Notes: generated by a model not told the origin, from the sequence alone. Positions 22,850 through 32,414 are shown, counted from the first letter of the stretch. The stretch: 64,000 nt of DNA from Verrucomicrobiaceae bacterium (GCA_051252135.1 JBPOGH010000006.1:128001-192000), one strand, 5' to 3'. Made by a program: numbers and translations.

Positions 22850-22876
22850 CCATTTTTAACGAGACACACTGAAATT

Positions 22877-24763
22877 ATGAGTGCCGACTCCCACGATCAT
22901 CACGACGATCACCACCACAATCCTCCTTTTTGGCAGAAGTATCTCTTCTCCACCGACCACAAGACGATTGGAATCCAGTATGGTTTGACCGCTGGAGCCT
23001 TCCTCTTGTTTGGTTTCTTCCTCATGATCGTGATGCGTTGGAGCATCGCGTATCCCCATGAGCCACTTCCCGACTACCTCAGTTGGATCTTTTCCGACGG
23101 ATGGAAAGCCCGGTGGTTGCAAGATGGCAAGGTGACAGGGGAGACCTACAACATGTTCGGTGCGATGCACGGAACGATCATGGTGTTCCTTGGGGTTGTG
23201 CCTCTTGGGTTTGCGGCCTTTGGTAACTACGTCACCCCTCTTCAGATTGGCGCGCCCGATATGGCTTTCCCGAAGCTGAATATGGCCAGCTATTGGGTCT
23301 ATCTTCTTGGTGGCATTGTGATGTGCGCCAGTTTCTTCATGGAGTCCGGAGCGGCCAAATCCGGCTGGACGAACTATTCTCCGCTCGCCGGTTACGCGGA
23401 TTCACAGATTGTGAACCAATTCCTGGCCGGGCAAACGCAGTGGTTGCTGGGGTTGGTCTTGCTGATTACCTCATCACTTTTGGGATCGGTGAACTTTGTG
23501 ACGACGATCATCAACTTGCGTGCGAAGGGTTTGACCTGGATGCGCCTGCCTTTCTTTGTATGGGCGATGTTGGTGACCGGGTTTCTACTTCTCCTCGCGT
23601 TTCCTCCCCTTGAAGCGGCCGGCATCATGCAATTGATGGACCGTGTGGCGGGATCATCCTTCTTCATGCCAACCGGATTGTTTTCCAAGACCGACGGTGT
23701 GATGGACATTTCCGGTTCCGGAAGCCCGCTCCTATTCCAGCACCTGTTCTGGTTCCTCGGACACCCCGAGGTGTATGTTCTTCTTCTTCCCGCAATTGCT
23801 TGCGTGGCGGAGATCATTCCCTGCCACACCCGCAAGCCTCTTTGGGGATACAAGCCTATGGTTTGGGCGGTCGTGGTTCTTGGATTCCTTTCCTTTATTG
23901 TGTGGGCGCACCACATGTATCTCACCGGAATGGGTCCTGTGATCTCGACCTTCTTCCAAACGACGACAGTCCTGATCTCGATTCCTTCGGTGATTTTGCT
24001 GACCTCGATGCTGATTTCCTTCTGGGGTGGTTCCATCCGCTTCACGATGCCGATGATCTGGGCCGCGGCCTTCATTCCGATGTTTGGAATCGGTGGTCTG
24101 ACCGGCCTTCCGTTGGCCTTCAACCTGGCAGACCTTCACTTGCATGACACCTACTACGTGATTGGTCACTTCCACTACGTGGTAGCGCCCGGTATTCTCT
24201 TTGGTCTCTTCGCCGGGGTTTACCACTGGTATCCCAAGATGACGGGTCGTTTCATGGACAACTTCCTGGGCCACCTTCACTTCTGGCCCTCGTTGATCTG
24301 CATGAACTTCCTGTTCTTCCCGATGCTTACGCAGGGGATGGCCGGATTCCACCGTCGTTGGTATAACGGGGGAGATGCTTATCTGGAAAAGGGAGCCGAG
24401 GGCGCCAACGTCTTTGGCCTGACGGTGCTGGAGAAGATTTCGTTGAATGAAGTGATGACGGCTTCGGCGATCGCGCTGGCAATTTTCCAGATTCCGTTCC
24501 TCGTGAACATGTTCGTAAGTTACTTCTGGGGTAAGAAAATCAAGAATGACAATCCGTGGGATGCCACCACTCTTGAGTGGGCCACCCCAACGCCTCCGGG
24601 GCACGGGAACTTCACTTTTGATCCTTCCGTATATCGCGGGCCTTATGAATACAGCCGTCCCGACCATGATAAGGACTTCTTCCCGCAGTGGGAGGAGCCG
24701 AAGCGTGATCAAGCAACGGACAAGCCCGCCGAATCCCCGGCTGAAGAAGGAACCCAAGCATAA
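22877..24763 (+). CDS. coxA: A1-type cytochrome c oxidase subunit I
   Basis: STDHKTIG, MHGTIM, APDMAFP, GHPEVY, WAHHM, HFHY; all six His ligands present. Confidence 0.96.
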   Translation: MSADSHDHHDDHHHNPPFWQKYLFSTDHKTIGIQYGLTAGAFLLFGFFLMIVMRWSIAYPHEPLPDYLSWIFSDGWKARWLQDGKVTGETYNMFGAMHGTIMVFLGVVPLGFAAFGNYVTPLQIGAPDMAFPKLNMASYWVYLLGGIVMCASFFMESGAAKSGWTNYSPLAGYADSQIVNQFLAGQTQWLLGLVLLITSSLLGSVNFVTTIINLRAKGLTWMRLPFFVWAMLVTGFLLLLAFPPLEAAGIMQLMDRVAGSSFFMPTGLFSKTDGVMDISGSGSPLLFQHLFWFLGHPEVYVLLLPAIACVAEIIPCHTRKPLWGYKPMVWAVVVLGFLSFIVWAHHMYLTGMGPVISTFFQTTTVLISIPSVILLTSMLISFWGGSIRFTMPMIWAAAFIPMFGIGGLTGLPLAFNLADLHLHDTYYVIGHFHYVVAPGILFGLFAGVYHWYPKMTGRFMDNFLGHLHFWPSLICMNFLFFPMLTQGMAGFHRRWYNGGDAYLEKGAEGANVFGLTVLEKISLNEVMTASAIALAIFQIPFLVNMFVSYFWGKKIKNDNPWDATTLEWATPTPPGHGNFTFDPSVYRGPYEYSRPDHDKDFFPQWEEPKRDQATDKPAESPAEEGTQA

Positions 24764-24783
24764 ACCGCGCACCTTTCGTATCC

Positions 24784-26451
24784 ATGGAAATTCCATTTGT
24801 AGTTAACGCCCGTAAGGACACCGGACTCTTCAACTCGAAGGTTGGAATCTGGCTCTTCCTTGCATCCGAAGTGACCCTCTTCGGTGGTCTCTTTTCCGGT
24901 TATCTGTTCCTCCGCCTCTACGCCGATTACCCTTGGCCCGAGCGGACGCTTCCGATTCTTCCCGGTTTGCTGAATACCTTCATTCTCATCGGTTCCTCGG
25001 TGACGGTGGTTTTTGCCTGGGCTTCGCTGAAGCTGCGGCAGTGGAGAAAGTTCCAGGTTTACATGGCGATCACGCTTTTATGCGCGGCTGCTTTCATGGG
25101 ACTTAAGACAGTTGAGTATCAGGCCAAATTTGCCCACCAGGCGGTTCGGATTTTGGACGACGGTCCGGTGAACGACTTTGCAATCGTGGAGGGACACCTT
25201 CACAAGGGGACAGTTGGTGAAAATGATGAGCTTCATCATGCTGATGCCAGTGATAAAGATGCGATCTATCTCAATCAGATTTTCTTCAAAGCCAGTGAGT
25301 TGACATTCACCCTGACCCGCCCGGTTCATGATTCCTACCTTCAGGATATTTTGGAGCAGGCCGGATCGGATCATCAGATTACTCTTGTCGGCAACTATGA
25401 AGTGAAGGACCACAAGAAGCCCGGGCAGACCAAGGAGATTTTGGCCGATGGGGCAGCATTGTCCCGTGAAGCTCTGGATGCAGCTGAGGAGGCATTCATC
25501 GATGGACGGGCCCACGACGCCAAGGTGCGCACCGCCTTTTTGAAAGGGGATTGGGATTACATGCGTCATGAGCTCGGAAACAAGGACGCCGGCTGGAAGG
25601 TCGTGATGACCGATGAGTGGGCTGCACGACAGAAGGAATCTGCTGCAGATATGAAGGGTCATCTTGTAGGTGCTGCCGGCACGGTGACTTTCAAAGTCGA
25701 TCCTCCGGTTCTCGTTTACTTTGACCCAGATGCGGTCGTGGCAAGTTCCGGCGAGCAGATCAAGTTACGTGATGACACCCAGATTATGGGTGTGCTTAAT
25801 GAGGAGTTGAGTGCGCTTGAGATGGCGATCGACGGAATTGATTTTCGCTTCACCGCACAACGGGCGGTTGAGGAGGGCATTGACCCCGACGCAGCAATTG
25901 CCGGGAGCTGGATTCTTGAGAATGAAAAGGTCAAGGAGATCTGGGATGCCCATCAGGAGTGGCTTCGCTGGCTTAAGGAAGACCTTGCCGAGAAGGGAGA
26001 TGGACATGTTCCGACCGAGTCCGAGTTGTATCGGGTAAACTGGGATCAGATGGTTTCCTATTCCAATGCGGGTTTTGAGGGCATTTATGACAAGGCCAAG
26101 GCCGGAGAGCTTGTTAAGCCGGGTTGGTTTGCGGGATTTGCGGGTCCGAATCACAAGACAATGCATGATCACTTCCCGACGATTACGATTCCACGGAGCA
26201 AGGTCGGTTTCGAGTCTACCTTCACTCCGAAGTGGAACACCTACTATGCGATTTACTTTACGATCACCGGGCTTCACGGACTTCACGTGATCGGCGGAGC
26301 GCTTGTGCTGGGATATTATCTCTTCTTTGGCCGCAAAATGTATGAGAGCAATCCGGAGTGGCTTGCCAACCGGGTCGAGATTGGTGGTCTTTTCTGGCAC
26401 TTTGTTGACCTTGTCTGGATCTTCCTCTTCCCGATCCTCTACTTGATGTAA
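24784..26451 (+). CDS. coxC: Cytochrome c oxidase subunit III with large insertion
   Basis: WLFLASE, NTFILIGSS, TGLHGLHV, FWHFVDLVWIFLFP. Confidence 0.93.
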   Translation: MEIPFVVNARKDTGLFNSKVGIWLFLASEVTLFGGLFSGYLFLRLYADYPWPERTLPILPGLLNTFILIGSSVTVVFAWASLKLRQWRKFQVYMAITLLCAAAFMGLKTVEYQAKFAHQAVRILDDGPVNDFAIVEGHLHKGTVGENDELHHADASDKDAIYLNQIFFKASELTFTLTRPVHDSYLQDILEQAGSDHQITLVGNYEVKDHKKPGQTKEILADGAALSREALDAAEEAFIDGRAHDAKVRTAFLKGDWDYMRHELGNKDAGWKVVMTDEWAARQKESAADMKGHLVGAAGTVTFKVDPPVLVYFDPDAVVASSGEQIKLRDDTQIMGVLNEELSALEMAIDGIDFRFTAQRAVEEGIDPDAAIAGSWILENEKVKEIWDAHQEWLRWLKEDLAEKGDGHVPTESELYRVNWDQMVSYSNAGFEGIYDKAKAGELVKPGWFAGFAGPNHKTMHDHFPTITIPRSKVGFESTFTPKWNTYYAIYFTITGLHGLHVIGGALVLGYYLFFGRKMYESNPEWLANRVEIGGLFWHFVDLVWIFLFPILYLM

Positions 26452-26487
26452 TCTCTTTCTGTAACTTTATTTCCAATTTTTTCTGAC

Positions 26488-26871
26488 ATGGCTGATTCTC
26501 CAGAAGCAATTAAGAAGTCGGTGAAGCTGTATACTTTCATCGGGCTCCTCCTTTTCTTTTTCACGGTAGTCACGGTTGCGGTTGCTACCGTCGAGATGCT
26601 CGATTTTGGCGGGCGTGGTTTTGATCACGTCGATGCAATCATTGGTCTGGTGATTGCCACGTTCAAGGCGTCATTGGTGATGATTATCTTCATGCACCTC
26701 AACCACGAGAAGCCGCTCATCTATTTTTTCTATGGATTGGCGTTGCTGATGGCGTTCTTTTGCATGGCGTTGATCGGGTGGGCGAAAAGTGATCCGATTC
26801 AGTTTGGAAACAGCAAGGCATCAGACGGATTCTACAATCCAGGGAAGCCGGCAACCAACGTATCCCACTAA
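26488..26871 (+). CDS. Cytochrome c oxidase subunit IV family protein
   Basis: IATFKASLVMIIFMHL motif, 3 TM. Confidence 0.88.
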   Translation: MADSPEAIKKSVKLYTFIGLLLFFFTVVTVAVATVEMLDFGGRGFDHVDAIIGLVIATFKASLVMIIFMHLNHEKPLIYFFYGLALLMAFFCMALIGWAKSDPIQFGNSKASDGFYNPGKPATNVSH

Positions 26872-26889
26872 TTTTCAATATTTTAAGTT

Positions 26890-27093
26890 ATGTCTCTCAA
26901 AGGATTTCACCTCATCTTCATCAGTCTGGCTGCAATTTTTTGCGGTGGCTTCGGGGTGTGGGCGCTGTTCTTTGATCAGGGACAGTCCGGAACGGAAGTT
27001 CAGGTGTTCGGTGGGGTGACCTTACTGGCTGCAGTGGGGCTTATTTTCTACGGAATTTCTTTTTACCGCAAATCCAAGAATATCATCGTTTAA
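26890..27093 (+). CDS. Small 2-TM membrane protein
   Basis: 67 aa MSLKGFHLIFI..., within oxidase operon. Confidence 0.75.
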   Translation: MSLKGFHLIFISLAAIFCGGFGVWALFFDQGQSGTEVQVFGGVTLLAAVGLIFYGISFYRKSKNIIV

Positions 27094-27106
27094 CCACGTC
27101 GAAGTC

Positions 27107-27328
27107 ATGATTTCCGAGACAGCCATTACCGCCTGTGCCACCTGTGCAAATGCCTTCAAGCATAGTGAAGGCAATGCCGCCGGGTGGGCGATTCTTGTGA
27201 TGTTGATTATGATTGTCCCGCTGGCTCTTGGATCGCTCTTTTTTATTGTTCGGATGGCCCGCCGTGAGAAGGCCGGTCTCGATGCCCGCTACATGGACGA
27301 TTACGTTCCACCTGTTCAAAACTCCTAA
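27107..27328 (+). CDS. Small membrane protein with CxxC
   Basis: 73 aa, ACATC followed by one TM helix. Confidence 0.7.
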   Translation: MISETAITACATCANAFKHSEGNAAGWAILVMLIMIVPLALGSLFFIVRMARREKAGLDARYMDDYVPPVQNS

Positions 27329-27340
27329 TTTTCTAAACCC

Positions 27341-28147
27341 ATGTTCATTCCTCTTAACTGGCCCAAATGGCTCGGAATTCCCGAGAACTTCTCGGAGCAC
27401 GGTGGTAATGTCGACCACCTCATTGATATCGTTCACTGGTTCATGGCCATCCTGTTTGTTGGTTGGACGCTTTTCTTTTTTGTCGCTTGCTGGAAGTTCC
27501 GCGCCTCGAAGAATCCCAAGGCGAGCTATCACGGTGTGACCAACCATGTTTCCTCCCACCTGGAGATCGGGGTGGTGATTATCGAAGCGGTGCTTCTTTT
27601 GGGATTTGCGTTTCCCCTGTGGTGGGAGCGGACCGACCAGTTCGATGAGGTGCAAAAGACCGACCCGGTGCGGGTTCGGGTGATTGGCTACCAGTTCGGA
27701 TTCCAGTATCACTATCCCGGTGAGGACGGAATTTTCGGTCGGATTGACCGTCATTTGGTGAGTGGAGTGGGTGACCCCTGCATTGATCCTGATGATCCCA
27801 ACGGGTGGGACGACTTTGTAGCACCTGTGCTCAAGCTGCCGGTTGATCGTAATGCCATTCTTCAGATCACTTCGACCGACGTGATTCACAACTATTCGAT
27901 CATTCCCATGCGCATCCAGCAGGATGCGATTCCCGGAACGGACATTCCGATGTGGTTCAAGCCCATCAAGAAGCTGGAGACGTACGTGGTGTGCGGGCAG
28001 CTATGCGGAGAGGGGCATGCCAATATGCGTGGGTTGATGGAAGTGGTGAGTCAGAAGGCATTTTCGTCCTGGGCCAAGGAGCAAAGTGGCTCAGCTCTTG
28101 AGAAGAGCAATTCCGAGCGACAGGAAGCCACGGTAGCCCAGCGCTAG
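27341..28147 (+). CDS. coxB: Cytochrome c oxidase subunit II (CuA, no fused cytochrome c)
   Basis: 2 TM; DVIHNY, DAIPG, CGQLCGEGHANM. Confidence 0.95.
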   Translation: MFIPLNWPKWLGIPENFSEHGGNVDHLIDIVHWFMAILFVGWTLFFFVACWKFRASKNPKASYHGVTNHVSSHLEIGVVIIEAVLLLGFAFPLWWERTDQFDEVQKTDPVRVRVIGYQFGFQYHYPGEDGIFGRIDRHLVSGVGDPCIDPDDPNGWDDFVAPVLKLPVDRNAILQITSTDVIHNYSIIPMRIQQDAIPGTDIPMWFKPIKKLETYVVCGQLCGEGHANMRGLMEVVSQKAFSSWAKEQSGSALEKSNSERQEATVAQR

Positions 28148-28170
28148 ATTCAGTTTTTTTCATTGGTTCG

Positions 28171-28209
28171 AAAAGGCGGGTTGGAAGTGATTCCGACCTG
28201 CTTTTTTTT
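28171..28209 (+). terminator. Rho-independent terminator closing the respiratory operon
   Basis: AGGCGGGTTGGAA-GTGA-TTCCGACCTGCT followed by a T run. Confidence 0.8.
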
Positions 28210-28264
28210 GGTCCCTTGCTCGACTCAGGGAAAGTAGGTTCTACACTGCTGCCAACTTCCGCTT

Positions 28265-29434
28265 GTGACTCCGCTTTTTCGAAAAATTCTCGGCATGAAC
28301 TGGGTGCTCGTCTTTACGATGTATGGGCTCCTGATTTTTGGGATATTTGCCATTGAGAGTGCGGCCCGGCATCTTCCCGGAACGGAAACAATGACGGGCG
28401 GGGAGCTCTATGCCTCCCGGCACAAGATGTGGATCATGATTGGGACGGTGGTCTATTTTGGGACTGCGTTGGTTGACTACCGTTGGGTTCGTTGGCTTGG
28501 GGTGCCCATGTATGTGGTGGGTCTGGTGTTGATGGCGATGGCGATGCAGGTGGACGATGAGGTCCATCGTCTGACGTTTGGGCCGATTAGTTTTCAGCCT
28601 GCGCAGGTGGCCATTGCGGCGGGGATTATCACGATTGCCACACTCTCACAGGACTTGCCGAAGATTCATAAATTGCTGGGATCTCCGATGGTGCGGGTGG
28701 GCTTGGTGGCGGTGTTAACGGGCATTCCATTTCTGATGGTGGTGAAGCTGGGTGATATGGGATCGGCATTGGTCTGGGTACCGGTAGCGGTGGTGGCCCT
28801 TCTTGTCGGGGGGATTCCCTGGCGATATTTGATTTTTCTTACTGCGTTGGTTGTAGGAATCATGCCGATTACTTATTTTGTGTTATTGCCCAGTCTTTCG
28901 GAACGGGGGACCCAGCGGATCGAGATATATTTGGAGACTCTGGAGGAGGGAACGGTGAAGAAAACGGATGAGACATGGGCTCCGTTTTGGGTCTCAACTG
29001 CGGTGGGAAAGGCGGGCTGGAAGGGGTTGGGCTGGGGTGCTACCGAGGAGCGGGGTTCCCTTCACGACAAGCGCTACATTCCGTGGAAGACAGCTCACAA
29101 TGATTATATCTTTGCCGTCATTGCAGAGGAACAGGGTTTCCGTGGCGGCTTGTTGTTGATCACGGCCTTTGCGTTGCTCTTGATTCAGTGCCTTTTCATC
29201 GCGTTTTACAGTCGGGACTTGGCCGGGAGGATTATTGTGGGGGGAGTTGTCGGGCTCTTTTTTGCACACATGTTTGAGAACATCGGGATGTGTATTCTGC
29301 TGACTCCGATTACGGGGATTCCGCTGCCATTGGTGAGTTATTCGGGAACCTTCGTGGTGATCTGTATGTTTTTGCTGGGGTTGGTGCAGAGTGTCTGGGT
29401 GCACCGGAGCAAGTACATCGAGGTGCCCGAGTAG
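28265..29434 (+). CDS. rodA: SEDS family peptidoglycan polymerase RodA
   Basis: SFQPAQ, GDMGSAL, HNDYIFAVIAEEQGF, PITGIPLPLVSYSG. Confidence 0.85.
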   Translation: MTPLFRKILGMNWVLVFTMYGLLIFGIFAIESAARHLPGTETMTGGELYASRHKMWIMIGTVVYFGTALVDYRWVRWLGVPMYVVGLVLMAMAMQVDDEVHRLTFGPISFQPAQVAIAAGIITIATLSQDLPKIHKLLGSPMVRVGLVAVLTGIPFLMVVKLGDMGSALVWVPVAVVALLVGGIPWRYLIFLTALVVGIMPITYFVLLPSLSERGTQRIEIYLETLEEGTVKKTDETWAPFWVSTAVGKAGWKGLGWGATEERGSLHDKRYIPWKTAHNDYIFAVIAEEQGFRGGLLLITAFALLLIQCLFIAFYSRDLAGRIIVGGVVGLFFAHMFENIGMCILLTPITGIPLPLVSYSGTFVVICMFLLGLVQSVWVHRSKYIEVPE

Positions 29435-29508
29435 GCGGGTAAATTTGACGGGTTGATCGCAGATAAGAGTTTGCTTAGCGGGCCAAGGAGAGTGATTCTG
29501 TTGCCATC

Positions 29509-30642
29509 GTGACCGCGAGGACGTCATCAACCCGGGAACTGCTGATTGCCATTTTGGTGGCGGTATGGGTGCATGTGGCTATTTTTTTCGTGTTCGTCGT
29601 TCTGTTGATTTTTCAGGTGATTTCGGGGAAAGAGGTGGATCCCCGCATTGAGGAAGAGGATGAATCGGGCGAGTTTACGGAGTTGACGATATTTTTTGAG
29701 GAGGATCCGGCAGCCCCGGTTGAGGCGGCGGTCGTGAAGGAGGAGAGTCCGGCACCCGAAGCTGAGACCGAGGATCCCGAGTTTGCGACGACCTCACCGG
29801 ATCAGGAGGAAGAAGCACCGGAGGATGCCGATTTCATCGGGGAGAGGGACACAATGGCAAGCAGTGATGCCGATGCAGTGGCGGGGGATGAGGATCAGGT
29901 GGCTCTTTCCGGTGATCGGGAAGTGAAAGGGGATATCAAGACGGCGACTACTGATTTTTCAGACGGGGATGAAGTGGGAAAGACGTTGGAGCAAGATGAT
30001 ATGGCAGCAGCAGGCCCCGGCAAGGAACGGGAGTCACAGGAGGAGATCAACGAGGAGGTTGCGGAGGCGGTCGAGGAGATGAAGGAAGAGGAGTATTTGT
30101 TCGATTCCTTTAGGGATACCGATGGAGTGGAGGAACGGATGGAGGATAAGCTCGTGGAACGTCCTGAAAAAACCCTCGAACCCAAAGAGTCGATTGAGGA
30201 AGCGCTGGAGAGGGAGATGAAGGAAGAATCGCAGCTTGCCAAGGAGCAGGGAGGGGCAAGCGGAGGGTTTGAGACCAAGCAAACGAAGACGCGGGTCCGG
30301 GGGACGTTGAATGCTTCAGGTCGTGGATCGCTCGACGTGAAGAACAGTCCTTTGGGTCGGTATGAGGCTCAAATATTTCGGGTGATTGAGCGTGAGTGGC
30401 AGGCCCGGAATTTTCAATTTCGCTCCCATCTGGCACCGGGCCACGTGACCATTCGTTTTGTGATCGACGAGAAGGGGAAGGTCTCCGGGCAGCGCAGGAT
30501 GGAGATGCTGGGAGCATCCGATATTCAGTGGGGCATCATTTTGAATTCGCTTTCTGCTGCCGATCTTCCTCCGATGCCCCAGGATGTCCGTAAGGAACTG
30601 GAGGGGGATACCCTTGAGCTCAACGTTACTTTCAACTACTAG
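29509..30642 (+). CDS. TonB/TolA-like energy transducer
   Basis: TM with VWVH, long acidic linker, TonB_C-like end (VTIRFVIDEKGKV...FNY); precedes exbBD-like genes. Confidence 0.7.
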   Translation: MTARTSSTRELLIAILVAVWVHVAIFFVFVVLLIFQVISGKEVDPRIEEEDESGEFTELTIFFEEDPAAPVEAAVVKEESPAPEAETEDPEFATTSPDQEEEAPEDADFIGERDTMASSDADAVAGDEDQVALSGDREVKGDIKTATTDFSDGDEVGKTLEQDDMAAAGPGKERESQEEINEEVAEAVEEMKEEEYLFDSFRDTDGVEERMEDKLVERPEKTLEPKESIEEALEREMKEESQLAKEQGGASGGFETKQTKTRVRGTLNASGRGSLDVKNSPLGRYEAQIFRVIEREWQARNFQFRSHLAPGHVTIRFVIDEKGKVSGQRRMEMLGASDIQWGIILNSLSAADLPPMPQDVRKELEGDTLELNVTFNY

Positions 30643-30648
30643 AACCCC

Positions 30649-31290
30649 ATGAATTTTTCCGAAGCCTTTTCTTCCACATGGGAGTTTTTCAGCGGAGGCG
30701 GCTTTTTTATGCTGCTGCTGGGTCTGTGCTCAATTGCCGCGCTTACGGTTATTGTCCTCAAGGCGCTTACTTTGACCCGTCTCCGGATCCTTCCGGATCG
30801 TCTCGGGGTGGAGGTGGATCGTTTCGAAGAGCATCTTGAAGCGGGAACGTTGACCAATCTTCAGGAAGAGTTTGCGAGGGGGGAGAATTCGTTGGCGCGA
30901 CTTTGCGGAGTGGCCTTGCGCAATGCCGGAAGAACGCAGGGTGAGGTGCAGGAGGCGGTGCAGTCTTCGGCCCGGGAGGAGATTGTGAGGATGAATTCGG
31001 GAATGCCGGTCTTGGAGGTGATTATAACGATTGCACCTCTGCTTGGGTTGCTGGGGACGGCCAGTGGCCTGGTGACGGTATTTGCTGATCTCGATGATAA
31101 GGATAATATTGGACGGGGGATTGCGACTGCGCTGAGCACGACGATCGTGGGGATTGCGATAGCGGTGCCTTCTGTGATCGCCCAGAGCTACTTTTCCCGA
31201 AAGATCGAGACGCTTTCGGCCCGTTTGGAAGTGCTTCTGGGGACGGTGGTATCCGCCTGCCACCAACACGTCTTTTTTCGCGATAAATAA
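30649..31290 (+). CDS. MotA/TolQ/ExbB proton channel protein
   Basis: IAPLLGLLGT, GIATALSTTIVGIAIAVP. Confidence 0.92.
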   Translation: MNFSEAFSSTWEFFSGGGFFMLLLGLCSIAALTVIVLKALTLTRLRILPDRLGVEVDRFEEHLEAGTLTNLQEEFARGENSLARLCGVALRNAGRTQGEVQEAVQSSAREEIVRMNSGMPVLEVIITIAPLLGLLGTASGLVTVFADLDDKDNIGRGIATALSTTIVGIAIAVPSVIAQSYFSRKIETLSARLEVLLGTVVSACHQHVFFRDK

Positions 31291-31302
31291 CCTGTTGCTG
31301 CT

Positions 31303-31755
31303 GTGGAATTCTATCGTCCGAAAAAAAAGCCCATTACGGTGCCGATCGTTTCACTGATCGACATTTTGGTGACCTTGCTCTTTTTCTTTATCGTGACGAT
31401 GAATGACCTGACCGAAAAGGTTCCCAGGTCGGAAATGAGGGTATCCCTGCCAACCGCCAATTCACTCAAGGTCAAAACGGTGATGGAAGCGCGAACAGTG
31501 CTCTCACTTAACAAGGCCGGAGAGGCGGAGATTGACGGGTTGATGGTGGTGGAGGGGTTTCTGAAGGAAACTCTCATTGCCAACCGGGAGCTTCGATCGG
31601 GGTTGAAGTTGGTTCTCAGGGCCGACGAAGGTTGTCCGTGGGGAAAAATTCTTGCAGCCCATAGCGCGGCATTGCAAGCAGGCTATGGCGACAACGAGAT
31701 CATTTATCGCGTTTTGAAACCGAACCCTGAAACCGAGAAAACTCCCCAGACATGA
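31303..31755 (+). CDS. ExbD/TolR family protein
   Basis: IVSLIDILVTLLFFF, LP.A, LRADE. Confidence 0.9.
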   Translation: MEFYRPKKKPITVPIVSLIDILVTLLFFFIVTMNDLTEKVPRSEMRVSLPTANSLKVKTVMEARTVLSLNKAGEAEIDGLMVVEGFLKETLIANRELRSGLKLVLRADEGCPWGKILAAHSAALQAGYGDNEIIYRVLKPNPETEKTPQT

Positions 31756-32297
31756 TTCTTCCCATTACCCAGTATGGCAATCCGGTGCTTCGCAAGAAGT
31801 GTTGTAAAGTGACCGAAGTTACCGAGGACCTTCGTGCTTTTGCCGATGACATGATTGAAACGATGAAAGATGCGGAGGGGGTGGGATTGGCGGCGCCGCA
31901 GGTGGACCGCGATATTCGGATGGCGGTGGTGGATGTTTCACATGATCCGGAGTGCATCAGTTATTTGCGGGTGAATGGGAAGGATACTGATCTGGGTGAG
32001 CTCATGCCCCTGGTTTTCATCAATCCGACTCTGGAGTTGGGGTCGGTAAAAGAATCTTCAATGGAGGGGTGTCTGAGTATCGAGGGGATCAATGCAGAGG
32101 TGAAAAGGCCGGTGGACGTAAAGGCGCATCTTGAGTTGCTGGATGGATCGACAATCATTGTTGAGACGGATGGGCTGCTATCCCGGGCGATTCAGCACGA
32201 GACCGATCATCTGAATGGCGTTCTTTTCGTGGATCGTATTTCTGCAGCGGCGAAGGTCTCAATTCGCAGAAAACTAAAAAGATTAGGGGCGGGTTGA
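31752..32297 (+). CDS. def: Peptide deformylase
   Basis: GVGLAAPQ, EGCLS, QHETDHLNG. Confidence 0.97.
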   Translation: MILPITQYGNPVLRKKCCKVTEVTEDLRAFADDMIETMKDAEGVGLAAPQVDRDIRMAVVDVSHDPECISYLRVNGKDTDLGELMPLVFINPTLELGSVKESSMEGCLSIEGINAEVKRPVDVKAHLELLDGSTIIVETDGLLSRAIQHETDHLNGVLFVDRISAAAKVSIRRKLKRLGAG

Positions 32298-32414
32298 ATA
32301 AATGTTTGAACATTTGGTCCAATTGACGGTCCTTATTGGTGAGTAACTAAAGATTGTTCCCTTTACTTAAGAGGTTTAAACTATTCACCAACTTAAAGCT
32401 CCTGCTTCCCGATT

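Noticed and set aside
27981..28030. CuA motif with Gln instead of Glu (CGQLCG)
   Set aside because: That residue ligates CuA through its backbone carbonyl and Gln variants are known; not treated as inactivating
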